Below are positions 52,332 through 61,674 of a stretch of DNA of 64,000 nucleotides, piece after piece. Below the pieces are notes generated by a model. That model ran no database searches. It was given only the letters and a program-made list of their open reading frames with translations, and had not been told where the DNA came from. Position numbers and translations under genes: made by a program. This DNA is from Adineta vaga (lineage: Eukaryota; Animalia; Rotifera), in contig CP075494.1 of assembly GCA_021613535.1 (NCBI GenBank), positions 3,906,001-3,970,000 on the forward strand, in the 5' to 3' direction. Each line of letters begins with the position of its first letter. Positions within the stretch are counted from its first letter, which is position 1.

Positions 52332-53585
52332 TCATACATCATCATCATTGATCTTTATTGCAATTTGATTCAACATAAGTTTCAGACGAGGATCAATAAT
52401 AGGTGCTGTGTCCGTTGCGATTCTATTCATAACATAAGCAAAAGTAAGATTTTTAGAGGGAGCTGCAAAACCAATACTTCCACCAGCTCCTAGAATAGAT
52501 AAAAACAAGATTTGTTTCCTAATCTCATTGATGATGTTCTCTCTCTCTGGCTCACCATGGTGACCAAATACATCCGGGCCAAATAAAGGAAGAGCATGAC
52601 CAAATCGATGGAAACCCATACTAAATGAGGAATTATATGGTAATACAAGATCCATCTCATTTGATGGTGTATTCGATTTGATTGCATATTTCAAAATTTC
52701 ATCATTTACTAACTCTTGTCCCGATTTATCTTTAATATTTCCAATAAATGTTGCATAGAGACGTGCAATTGACCAAGCATTTGTGAATCCGATGGCAGCT
52801 GGAATTTCTGCTTGATGTATAGTAGAATCATTCCATATATTGAAATAGTTTATCATGGACTCATTTAATGTACTTCTAACACCGACATGAGGAACAACTG
52901 GCGAGACGCGATATTGTAGATAAGGAGGTAATCCAATGTAAAATTCTGTTTCCGTTCGAGTGACTAGTTCATCCTGAAGAAATTGTCCAAATGTTCTTTT
53001 CTTTGGATCTACACGACGAACAAGTTCACCAACTAACCAACCATAGGTAACTGAATGATAACCATGAGCTGTTCCGGGTACCCATGCTGGTCGTTGTTTT
53101 TCTAGTATATGAATCATTGCTGTCCAATTCTTATATTGTTCAATTGGTGATGATACATCTGGAAGACCAGAGCGATGTGATAGTATATCAGCGACTGTTG
53201 TATTCTCCTTTCCATTTTGTCCATATTCCGGCCAATACTTTGTAACTAACGCTGAATAATCGAGTAAACCCTGTTGAACACAAATTGCAGCGGCCATTGC
53301 TACAATTCCTTTTGTTGTCGAAAACACCAACTGTAATGTGTTCTCATCGTAGGGTTTCGAATGTGCTTCATCAAACCATCCGCCAGTAAGATTTACTACA
53401 GAACGACCTTGGTAATATACTGCTACAGCTGCACCTAAATCTTGCTGTTCTCGAAAGTTTGCTAGAAATATATCACGTACAAACTCCCATCCATGCTCTG
53501 TTGTACCATGTATATTGTAATCAGGAGAAGGATAACAAAATACAGTGGAAAGAACTCCAGTTACGATCCATATGAAATAAAACAT
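52332..53585 (-). CDS. Secreted beta-lactamase-family serine hydrolase (EstA/AmpC-like) with one 66-nt in-frame intron
   Basis: FSTTK (SxxK), ILSHRSGL and HGYH. FGHHG|AGGS is restored by removing the GT-AG intron 52490-52555. Confidence 0.9.
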   Translation of the reverse strand: MFYFIWIVTGVLSTVFCYPSPDYNIHGTTEHGWEFVRDIFLANFREQQDLGAAVAVYYQGRSVVNLTGGWFDEAHSKPYDENTLQLVFSTTKGIVAMAAAICVQQGLLDYSALVTKYWPEYGQNGKENTTVADILSHRSGLPDVSSPIEQYKNWTAMIHILEKQRPAWVPGTAHGYHSVTYGWLVGELVRRVDPKKRTFGQFLQDELVTRTETEFYIGLPPYLQYRVSPVVPHVGVRSTLNESMINYFNIWNDSTIHQAEIPAAIGFTNAWSIARLYATFIGNIKDKSGQELVNDEILKYAIKSNTPSNEMDLVLPYNSSFSMGFHRFGHALPLFGPDVFGHHGEPERENIINEIRKQILFLSILGAGGSIGFAAPSKNLTFAYVMNRIATDTAPIIDPRLKLMLNQIAIKINDDDV

Positions 53586-54012
53586 GATGCGATTGCGAAA
53601 TAATCGTACTATTCACGTATCAAAACAGTATGGATTAAGTAAAAAAAGGATTTGAAATATAAATGTCAGTCACAACATGTAAAAAAGAGTACGAAGGATA
53701 AAGAGGGATTTGTGTATAGATGAAAGTAACACATAAATCTAACCATCCGATTCATTACACACATGATTTTCTTTGATTAAAATGTTTTCTGATAACGCCT
53801 ATTTTACATTTAATTTCATCCACACTTATCCTCAAACGATTTGAAGTGTGTATATAACTGAAAATACTCTTATCTGTTTTCTTACTTTTTTTCTTCATCT
53901 TTGAAACATATAAAGCAATGCCCATTTTGATGAGATAACACAATCAGCTCTTACCTTTGTTATATGACAGAAAAAAAAGAAACAATATTAATATCTTTTG
54001 AATATATTGCAA

Positions 54013-54456
54013 ATGTTGCACATTGCAATCATCACCTTTCTAATGATCTTCTTTACGGTTGCTGCACCGCCTCCCGAGAATCACTTGGAACTCATTATTA
54101 TCAACAATTCTACTATCACCCTTACATATGAAAACAGTCAGACCCCACCGTATACTACAGTTGATCTTAGTACTGATGTACTCAGACCTAAATCGAATAT
54201 TACTATAATTGCATATGTCGATCCTTCTCAGCGTGGAGATGTTATTGCTTCAATCCATTTCAAATATGATACCCAACAAGTATCTCTGCTCGTGGATGAC
54301 AGAGTACAAGTTCATACTGGTCAATCCATTTTTCAAATAGCTCATAACGAACTGGTTGTATCGAGCATTATTTTCAAGCAAAGGGCAAAGGTCTCGCCAT
54401 GGTACTTATCGTTCGCCAAAGTTACACTGATGGTCAACTCCTATGCACCATTTTGA
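54013..54456 (+). CDS. Secreted beta-rich protein of unknown function
   Basis: ATG 54013, signal peptide ending TVAA, intronless Cys-free beta-strand-like sequence (LELIIINNS). Confidence 0.7.
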   Translation: MLHIAIITFLMIFFTVAAPPPENHLELIIINNSTITLTYENSQTPPYTTVDLSTDVLRPKSNITIIAYVDPSQRGDVIASIHFKYDTQQVSLLVDDRVQVHTGQSIFQIAHNELVVSSIIFKQRAKVSPWYLSFAKVTLMVNSYAPF

Positions 54457-54871
54457 ACTAAACATATTTTTTGTTTTTTTAAGACTAGTAACTTTTTTAT
54501 TGACTTGCTTGCATATAAAAAGTATCATAACGGCATAAGACAGTCCATTCACCTATGGGCTATCTTTGCAAAAATTCGTATTAAAACGAATGTAAAAGAT
54601 GTGAGTTAGAGTTTGAATGAGAGTGACTGCGTACTTATGAGTCTTCATCTCACTCACATATATGCAGGAATAAGCAACTTGAATACGATCGTTATTTCGT
54701 TCTTTTATATATTGTGATATTCGTCAAATATTTTCACGTGGCATACTCGGTTTTCTTATCGATAAACACACACACGAGTCGTTTTATATACCACTATACT
54801 TGAGTATATTTTGTCAGTTTATTTCTATTTGACAATGGTTATTCGAGTTTTGATTCTTTTTTTCAGATAAA

Positions 54872-56668
54872 ATGAGTTTGGAAGTATTGGCTAATGAATT
54901 GTTATTGGAATTGTTCGAATATTTTTCTACCCACGATCTTTTTCATACTTTTATTGATCTCAATGCTCGCTTCAACATTCTTCTGCTGACACATCTCCAA
55001 AAATATCATCTCGATTTTCGATCCATATCGAAAAAACGTTTTGATACAATTTGTCAAAGTTATTTGCCATTGATATCCAATAGAATTATCTCTCTTACTC
55101 TTTCGGACGACAATGAAACACCAGATCAGATCAATACTTTTCTATCTTATGGTTTGATTCTTCATGGATTCATTAATTTACGTTCATTGAGATTATATCA
55201 TCTTCGATCGGCTATTTCAATGCAAATAATACTAACAAAATGTCATCAACTTCCATATCTTATGCATTTGAATTGCATCGATTGTTCTTTTAAAAATGAA
55301 GATGAGTGGCTTTGTGAGCAGTTGAACAATATTTGGAGTCTATCAAAACTTATTCATTGTCATTTGGACATAGATTTCGAAAATCATTATTATATTGTTA
55401 ATCCATCAACAATTTCCATTGCACTTCGAAGACTTTCCATTGAATCTTACAGTTATGGATTAAATGAATTATGTCGTCTATTAGAAAACTCACCTAATCT
55501 TCGATATCTTTCTTTATTATTAGGAAATGATTTAGAAAATCAATCCGTTGTTTCTTTTCCTATTGCATCAATAAGTACATTGAAACTATCCGTTTACGAA
55601 TCATCATCAACAACGATGATATATCTTTTAAAAAACGTATCTCATCTACGTCAATTGACTGTCAAAACCGATGAAGTGAATATGAATGGACATGATTGGG
55701 AGCAATTAATTACAGATCATCTAGTTAAATTAAAAGTATTTGAACTTCAAATGATATTCCGTTTGAATGATAATGATAACAAAGAGCAACGGGTTGTAGA
55801 TCTATTAAATTCATTTCGAACTCGATTTTGGCTTATTGAACGGCAATGGTACGTCCGATGTGATTGGAATCGTTGCGAACAATGTGATAAAAATAATATT
55901 TATCTTTATACGCTACCCTATGCTTTCGATAATTATTTTGTCCATGAATTAAACTTTAAATCGAGCTCAACTTATGTTGCAAATCACGATCTTTATTCGT
56001 CATATGATCATGTTCATACTCTTGCATATGAACTTATTCCTGCGGATAATACAATTTTAACTTTCTATCGCTTCTCTAATATATATCATTTGGATCTACA
56101 TCTTCCTTTCCATGAAAGTTTTTTCATTATGATACCCAATTTAGATCAATTAATTACATTGCGAGTAGAACCGTATCATGTAAACGACAATTTCGATCCT
56201 CAAAATCAATTTCAAACGTTACTCAATCGAACATCTCGTCTTGATTCATTAACATTCATAAATTGGTCATCATCTTCAAAAGAACGACCTCCTTATCAGT
56301 ATTCGAATAAATCGATACGTCAACTTCATCTACAAGATGTTGAACGATCCTATGATAATGAACAGTGTGCTAGTTTAATTCATTCACCGTTAGCGAATCA
56401 ATGTGAAGTGCTATCGATTTCCATTACAAATCGCATGAACCTACTAGATTTAATTCAAAAGATGACTAATCTTCGAGCTTTGAATGTTATATGTCAAGAT
56501 GATACATGGGAGATTAATAAAGACAACTTAACATCGTCATCAACGGATGAATTGATTCAGTGGTTGATAGAGCATTTACCATCGACATGTGTCATTACCA
56601 GACATAATCACAGTATACAAAATAATCAACAGATTTCCTTTCGACCTATTCACGTATGGATTCGATAA
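54872..56668 (+). CDS. F-box/LRR-like protein, paralog of 39105-40850
   Basis: MSLEVLANELLLELFEYF, FRTRFWLIERQWYVRC, YLYTLP; ends VWIR. Confidence 0.85.
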   Translation: MSLEVLANELLLELFEYFSTHDLFHTFIDLNARFNILLLTHLQKYHLDFRSISKKRFDTICQSYLPLISNRIISLTLSDDNETPDQINTFLSYGLILHGFINLRSLRLYHLRSAISMQIILTKCHQLPYLMHLNCIDCSFKNEDEWLCEQLNNIWSLSKLIHCHLDIDFENHYYIVNPSTISIALRRLSIESYSYGLNELCRLLENSPNLRYLSLLLGNDLENQSVVSFPIASISTLKLSVYESSSTTMIYLLKNVSHLRQLTVKTDEVNMNGHDWEQLITDHLVKLKVFELQMIFRLNDNDNKEQRVVDLLNSFRTRFWLIERQWYVRCDWNRCEQCDKNNIYLYTLPYAFDNYFVHELNFKSSSTYVANHDLYSSYDHVHTLAYELIPADNTILTFYRFSNIYHLDLHLPFHESFFIMIPNLDQLITLRVEPYHVNDNFDPQNQFQTLLNRTSRLDSLTFINWSSSSKERPPYQYSNKSIRQLHLQDVERSYDNEQCASLIHSPLANQCEVLSISITNRMNLLDLIQKMTNLRALNVICQDDTWEINKDNLTSSSTDELIQWLIEHLPSTCVITRHNHSIQNNQQISFRPIHVWIR

Positions 56669-56997
56669 ATTATCATATGAAAACTGATTGATGTTCTTAA
56701 CCGCTTGTTGTTTTTTTTGTAAAATTTTCTAAAGCTTCACTTACTTTTTCCTTTTGCATTTTATATACCAATAAAGTAGATATAGAAAGATGTACATGAG
56801 AATGTAAACGTATATGAAGAAGAGAGACCTTTTCACATATATTAAAAGTTGAACGAAGAGCAATAAGTCTCGAAGAAAAATATATGGATTATTTAGTGTA
56901 AAGGAAACAAAAACGATTATTATACTCTTCTGACTCTCTATTTTCTAGTCATATGGACATCTACATACTCACCCACGCCCTCAATGTTTATAAGCGA

Positions 56998-59900
56998 TTA
57001 AAATTGTTTTAGAGCCATGCTGAAAGATTGTTTATCCACTTTACCATTGTTTAATAAATCAGGGTTAACTTCAATGAGAGGAGCAAATCTTTTCAACCGT
57101 AATATTTCCAACGCTTTGTCGTGCGCTTGACTCGCATCTTCATATTTGTGTCCCATAGCTCTATGGAATCCTTCAATTAGTTTGTTACCACTTGTCATAT
57201 TTGTATAACTATCGTATAGTTCGTCGATTAGAGATCTCGACATTCGTTCATATAACGGATAGTGACAATTATCTCTTTCCCAGCTATTACGGGCCATTTG
57301 ATATCTAGTAACTATAGAATTTACCCATTGATCTTTTTGTGCATTATACCATTGATGTCGATCGATATATAAAGTTTCGTGTAATGTGTCTGTTTCATGA
57401 TTCACTCTTATTACTCTAACTGAAGTAATGTTCGCATTCTTCATTACGACTTCTAATTCATTTTCACGAAAGAATGAATCTATGTCTGTATCATCTACAT
57501 TGAGACTGATTTCACCACTGGCACATGCAGCAAAACCCAAAATATAAGTAGGTGTAACTTGTTTTTTGACGCTGTAAGGGATGCTCGAATCATCCCACAT
57601 TGCATTTAGATACGGTAGTCCTGCTTCTGTCATGGCTACTGTATGATAAAGATCTTCACATGTATAATTATCTTCGCTCTGCAATTCAACTTCAGCATTC
57701 TTCTCTACTAGCCAACGTTCAACAATAATTCTACTGAGTCCGTAACCGAGAGGATGCGAAGGAATGTAACCACCAGACCATAGCACTGTTTTATGTGGTG
57801 GAGCACTAATTCTACCGCATGCTAGTGCTTTTTCTGCAAATTCAACAGTATAGAATTGAGCTTTCTCTTCTTCAGTATAATGTCGTGGACATATATTTGT
57901 AAGACTCTGAGCAAAGCGTGTTTTCTTAAATACATCGGAAAGTTTATCTGGACTTATTGTTGAATAATCGTAAGGCCTATGGTTATAACCACTGTAATGT
58001 AGTTCATTTCTTTTTGTAGTAACATGATGCTGAATCAATGACTTTGCAACTATACTGGCGCTACAACGAATAGCCGGAATTGTTATTGATTCGGGATGTG
58101 CACCACTAACGATAGGTCCCAGTGCATAAAACCTTGGTGACGGTTCACCTTGAGCATTGATGAGTCTAAAATGATCATCAACATCGAGTCCTCCACTATG
58201 GTACATTCTTGCCAAACCACTGAGAACAAATTCTTTAGCACACACAGGCATTTGTTCTAAATGTTTTGATGGACCAGTGTTATTGACAATTTTAGTTGTA
58301 TGCACAACTCTAATAGATCCATCTGAATTTTTGATAGTCAAGTTGAAACCGGTACCCATGGCAATTTCTATATATTGTAATCCACCCGAAATTTCAAGTC
58401 TTCCTTCTCGACGAAGTTTATTGACCTGTTCCCATTGCTCATTGGGAATTCTATATCTGGCACAAGACCACATTGCTTCATATTTTTCAATGAAAGATTT
58501 CTGTTCACTCTGACTCATTGCTCTCCACAACGTATTTGTGTCAGAAAACATTGAATCTACTACATCTCGCCATTCAAATCCTGCTGCACGAGCAACTGTC
58601 ATTTCTTCCTTGAATAGTTGCATCAAATAATCAGCTGTTATATTTGTTATCGTCTTGTTCGCTTCTTCTACAAACTTCTCAACTGTACATATACTTCTAG
58701 TGTATGGCTTGGATCGATTAGCTACATGAGGCACTCGACCATTTCTAGACACCAATAAAAATTTTCCACTATACCCATGATCCACTGCCCATAGAGCAGA
58801 AAAACATGCACCATTTCCTGTGCCGACGATCACAGTAAAATTCGTTTCATTCACATTTTCAGGAGTAAATGCATGATCATCAAGATTGTAATAACCATTT
58901 TTGCCGCACAAAGTATTACCATCTTTATCTATGAGTGGTTTTGGATTAGCATTTCCTAAAGCATAGATGACAGCATTAGCGAAAATTTTCTTTCCGCTTC
59001 CTATGGTTACCACACATTTACATGCTGCTGTATCTTCCGTAGATTTTATTACTCTGTCACGAATGAACTTTACTTTTACTGGAGCTTTGTTTGCTTCAAG
59101 AAGCTGTATCATTGACTCGAGATGATCGCGGATATACTCTCCAAACTGCACATGTGTGACACTTGCTTGGGGATCAAAGCCTTGATCCTTTATATAAGTC
59201 ACATCACGAAATATATTCTTCCATTTTTCTGGATCTTTATTGATATGTTCAATACAAGCCGTTGATGTTTCCATTCCCAGACCTCCTATTGGATTAGCCA
59301 TAGTAACCCTTGTTGGTGACGCTCGATTATATGTATAACCTCCTGGATTGCTGATAGAATCAATTATATTTAACTCCAAAGTGTAACCGAAAGAAGTAGT
59401 ATTAAGAAACTCTTGAATGAGATACGTTGCCGCTAGAATTCCACTCGCACCTGCGCCAACAATAACTATCTTGGTAGAATAAATATCATTTGTAATTACG
59501 TGGCTCGTTTGAAATTTTTCTCTACTATACGGTTCTTGTAGTGGAATATCATCTTTTTCGATTGCACTATTATCCAAATGATAATATGTTCGAAAACCGA
59601 CATGTTTAGCTATGACATGTATTCTACCAGTAGCATGTTTGACAATCAAAGCACCGTCATAGAATTTTTCTGGTTCTCCAAATGGTTGATGTAATTCTCC
59701 AGCACCTTCTATATAAATTGCTCGACAAATTTGTGTTCCTTTCCGTTGTTTCCAGCCATATGTGGATGCAGGCATGTTTTCATATCCTGGAACATTCTCC
59801 ATCATTTTGTTTATGAAACCAACGTTTGAAGGATAGTAGTTTGTAAGTCCTAAACTCTCTGCATAAGCAAGAATTTCTTTAAGTTGTGGCATTGTAATTG

Positions 59901-61674
59901 TGTCTGGATCACCGTATTCATCTAGTTTTTTCTGCAGTTGTATTGCTTGATCTCGAGTCACTTCATTTAAGACTATAACATTGCGATCGTCATTTTTAAG
60001 ACCTGAGATAGCGGCCAACCACTGATCATTGATGCAATTATAAAAAGCGAAACCTTTGCCACTAATAATATCATTTTCGCACTTTAGAGGATCACCTTGA
60101 TGAAATTCTTCACCAGATTTGTACTTGCCATTTCTCGTAATCTGAATGGTTTCACCCAACTGTGGTACGCTGAGAATGAACTTCTTTGCTACAGAAATGA
60201 CTGGTATTGATTTATCATCGCTGAAATCGAGATCATGTGCTAGGAATATTGGTATACCAATACTTTTTCTAGAAGATTTTCGAGCTAATTCAGTAAGTCG
60301 CTTAGTAGCTGCATCAAGCGTTATATTGCCATCTAATATTGATTCAAATGGTGGACAATATGTGTGATAAATATCAGGCGAATATTTGAACACATGATTG
60401 ATCACATCACGATCAGTTATTTCACAAGTAAGATATTTCGCAATAATCTCTATCTTGTTACCAACTGTCGGAGCCTCGTCAAATGTCTTTTGCCAGATTT
60501 GTGGAAGTTCAACTTTTCCGTTAACATAATCATTAATCATTGAAGAAACTAGATGTTCGAATGGCGCTGTAGCAAGAAAAATATTTTCACGGCAAAAACG
60601 AGCAAATTTTTTGAATTGTTCATTGAGAGCGAGAGAAAACTCAACGCATACATGATCAAGATTTCGTATATCTTCGGCATTGTGAATCAATTGCGAATCT
60701 ATGGCGTTTTTCAGGTTTGCTGTTGTATTATCAATTAAGTCTTGTATTAAAGCTTCGCGAAAAGATGTAGCAAACCTCTGATAAAGAAATCCCATTATAT
60801 CAGTATCTTTGTAGATGATATTTTTAAGAAATTTACTATGCTTATTGTATGGATCGATGATCTTATATTCAGTTACGAATTGATCAACTGTTCTATCCAA
60901 AATGTGCCAAGCAAATGGAAAGTTGTTCTTTATCATTTCCGGTGTAAAACGTCCTATACGAAGTCCATCTTGAAGATCACTTATGTTGAAAGATAAACGA
61001 TCAGATTGAGCGGCTATTTGACCTTCTATATGGTTAAAACCATCAAACTTCATTGCATTGTTATGTGTTAGATCGATACTTTTTACTATATCGGGAATTT
61101 CCGCCATATCATGGTTATAAAAACTGCATTGTTTATTTTGATCATACTGCCAAAATCGTTTGATAATACCTTCGATGAAAGTTGGAGACAAATTGCAACC
61201 ATCTTTTGCATCTTCCGCCCAATCGGTGAGTATTCTGATACTGGCTATATCATGATTCCAGTTTAATCCATGAGGTTCTATAGCTTTTTTTATTGCCAGT
61301 TGACCCCAATGAGCAAACGGCGGATGGCCAATGTCATGAACCAATCCTATATTACCTGCTAAGAGCTGACTTTCTCTACCCAATCCCAATAATCTTGCTA
61401 GTTCTTCGGCTGTATCTTTTACATTTATAGAATGTATTTCACGATTTGTCAGTCGTGGGTCACTATAATTTATTGCAAATTGGTAAATATCGCGAAGTCT
61501 TGCCCATGCACGACTCCTTAGAATATTATTCCGATCATGTTCGAATACTGCCACTACACTCGTAGTACCTTCTAATAGAACTGAATCAGCTTGATATGAA
61601 GCGCTTCGATTATTAAAGTCAAAACAGTGACCTATATGACAATTAGTACTTGAACCGAGATGATTGTTGGACAT
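56998..61674 (-). CDS. 1558-aa fusion: dGTPase-type HD domain + unknown domain + FAD/NAD(P)-binding oxidoreductase + putative ADP-ribosyl cyclase/NADase-like domain
   Basis: HD part: FEHDRNNILRSRAWARL, REIHSINV, VHDIGHPPFAH, EGQIAAQSD...DLQDG. Flavoprotein part: IVIVGAGASG, IVGTGNGA, LVSRNG, IVNNTGP, FYALGP. C-terminal part: VLWSGG, TEAG, FAACASG, SFFRENEL. Confidence 0.85.
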   Translation of the reverse strand: MSNNHLGSSTNCHIGHCFDFNNRSASYQADSVLLEGTTSVVAVFEHDRNNILRSRAWARLRDIYQFAINYSDPRLTNREIHSINVKDTAEELARLLGLGRESQLLAGNIGLVHDIGHPPFAHWGQLAIKKAIEPHGLNWNHDIASIRILTDWAEDAKDGCNLSPTFIEGIIKRFWQYDQNKQCSFYNHDMAEIPDIVKSIDLTHNNAMKFDGFNHIEGQIAAQSDRLSFNISDLQDGLRIGRFTPEMIKNNFPFAWHILDRTVDQFVTEYKIIDPYNKHSKFLKNIIYKDTDIMGFLYQRFATSFREALIQDLIDNTTANLKNAIDSQLIHNAEDIRNLDHVCVEFSLALNEQFKKFARFCRENIFLATAPFEHLVSSMINDYVNGKVELPQIWQKTFDEAPTVGNKIEIIAKYLTCEITDRDVINHVFKYSPDIYHTYCPPFESILDGNITLDAATKRLTELARKSSRKSIGIPIFLAHDLDFSDDKSIPVISVAKKFILSVPQLGETIQITRNGKYKSGEEFHQGDPLKCENDIISGKGFAFYNCINDQWLAAISGLKNDDRNVIVLNEVTRDQAIQLQKKLDEYGDPDTITMPQLKEILAYAESLGLTNYYPSNVGFINKMMENVPGYENMPASTYGWKQRKGTQICRAIYIEGAGELHQPFGEPEKFYDGALIVKHATGRIHVIAKHVGFRTYYHLDNSAIEKDDIPLQEPYSREKFQTSHVITNDIYSTKIVIVGAGASGILAATYLIQEFLNTTSFGYTLELNIIDSISNPGGYTYNRASPTRVTMANPIGGLGMETSTACIEHINKDPEKWKNIFRDVTYIKDQGFDPQASVTHVQFGEYIRDHLESMIQLLEANKAPVKVKFIRDRVIKSTEDTAACKCVVTIGSGKKIFANAVIYALGNANPKPLIDKDGNTLCGKNGYYNLDDHAFTPENVNETNFTVIVGTGNGACFSALWAVDHGYSGKFLLVSRNGRVPHVANRSKPYTRSICTVEKFVEEANKTITNITADYLMQLFKEEMTVARAAGFEWRDVVDSMFSDTNTLWRAMSQSEQKSFIEKYEAMWSCARYRIPNEQWEQVNKLRREGRLEISGGLQYIEIAMGTGFNLTIKNSDGSIRVVHTTKIVNNTGPSKHLEQMPVCAKEFVLSGLARMYHSGGLDVDDHFRLINAQGEPSPRFYALGPIVSGAHPESITIPAIRCSASIVAKSLIQHHVTTKRNELHYSGYNHRPYDYSTISPDKLSDVFKKTRFAQSLTNICPRHYTEEEKAQFYTVEFAEKALACGRISAPPHKTVLWSGGYIPSHPLGYGLSRIIVERWLVEKNAEVELQSEDNYTCEDLYHTVAMTEAGLPYLNAMWDDSSIPYSVKKQVTPTYILGFAACASGEISLNVDDTDIDSFFRENELEVVMKNANITSVRVIRVNHETDTLHETLYIDRHQWYNAQKDQWVNSIVTRYQMARNSWERDNCHYPLYERMSRSLIDELYDSYTNMTSGNKLIEGFHRAMGHKYEDASQAHDKALEILRLKRFAPLIEVNPDLLNNGKVDKQSFSMALKQF

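Noticed and set aside
50027-61674. Bacterial contaminant contig
   Set aside because: Spliceosomal intron in the beta-lactamase-like gene, interleaved native F-box gene, shared intergenic motifs and similar AT-rich composition.
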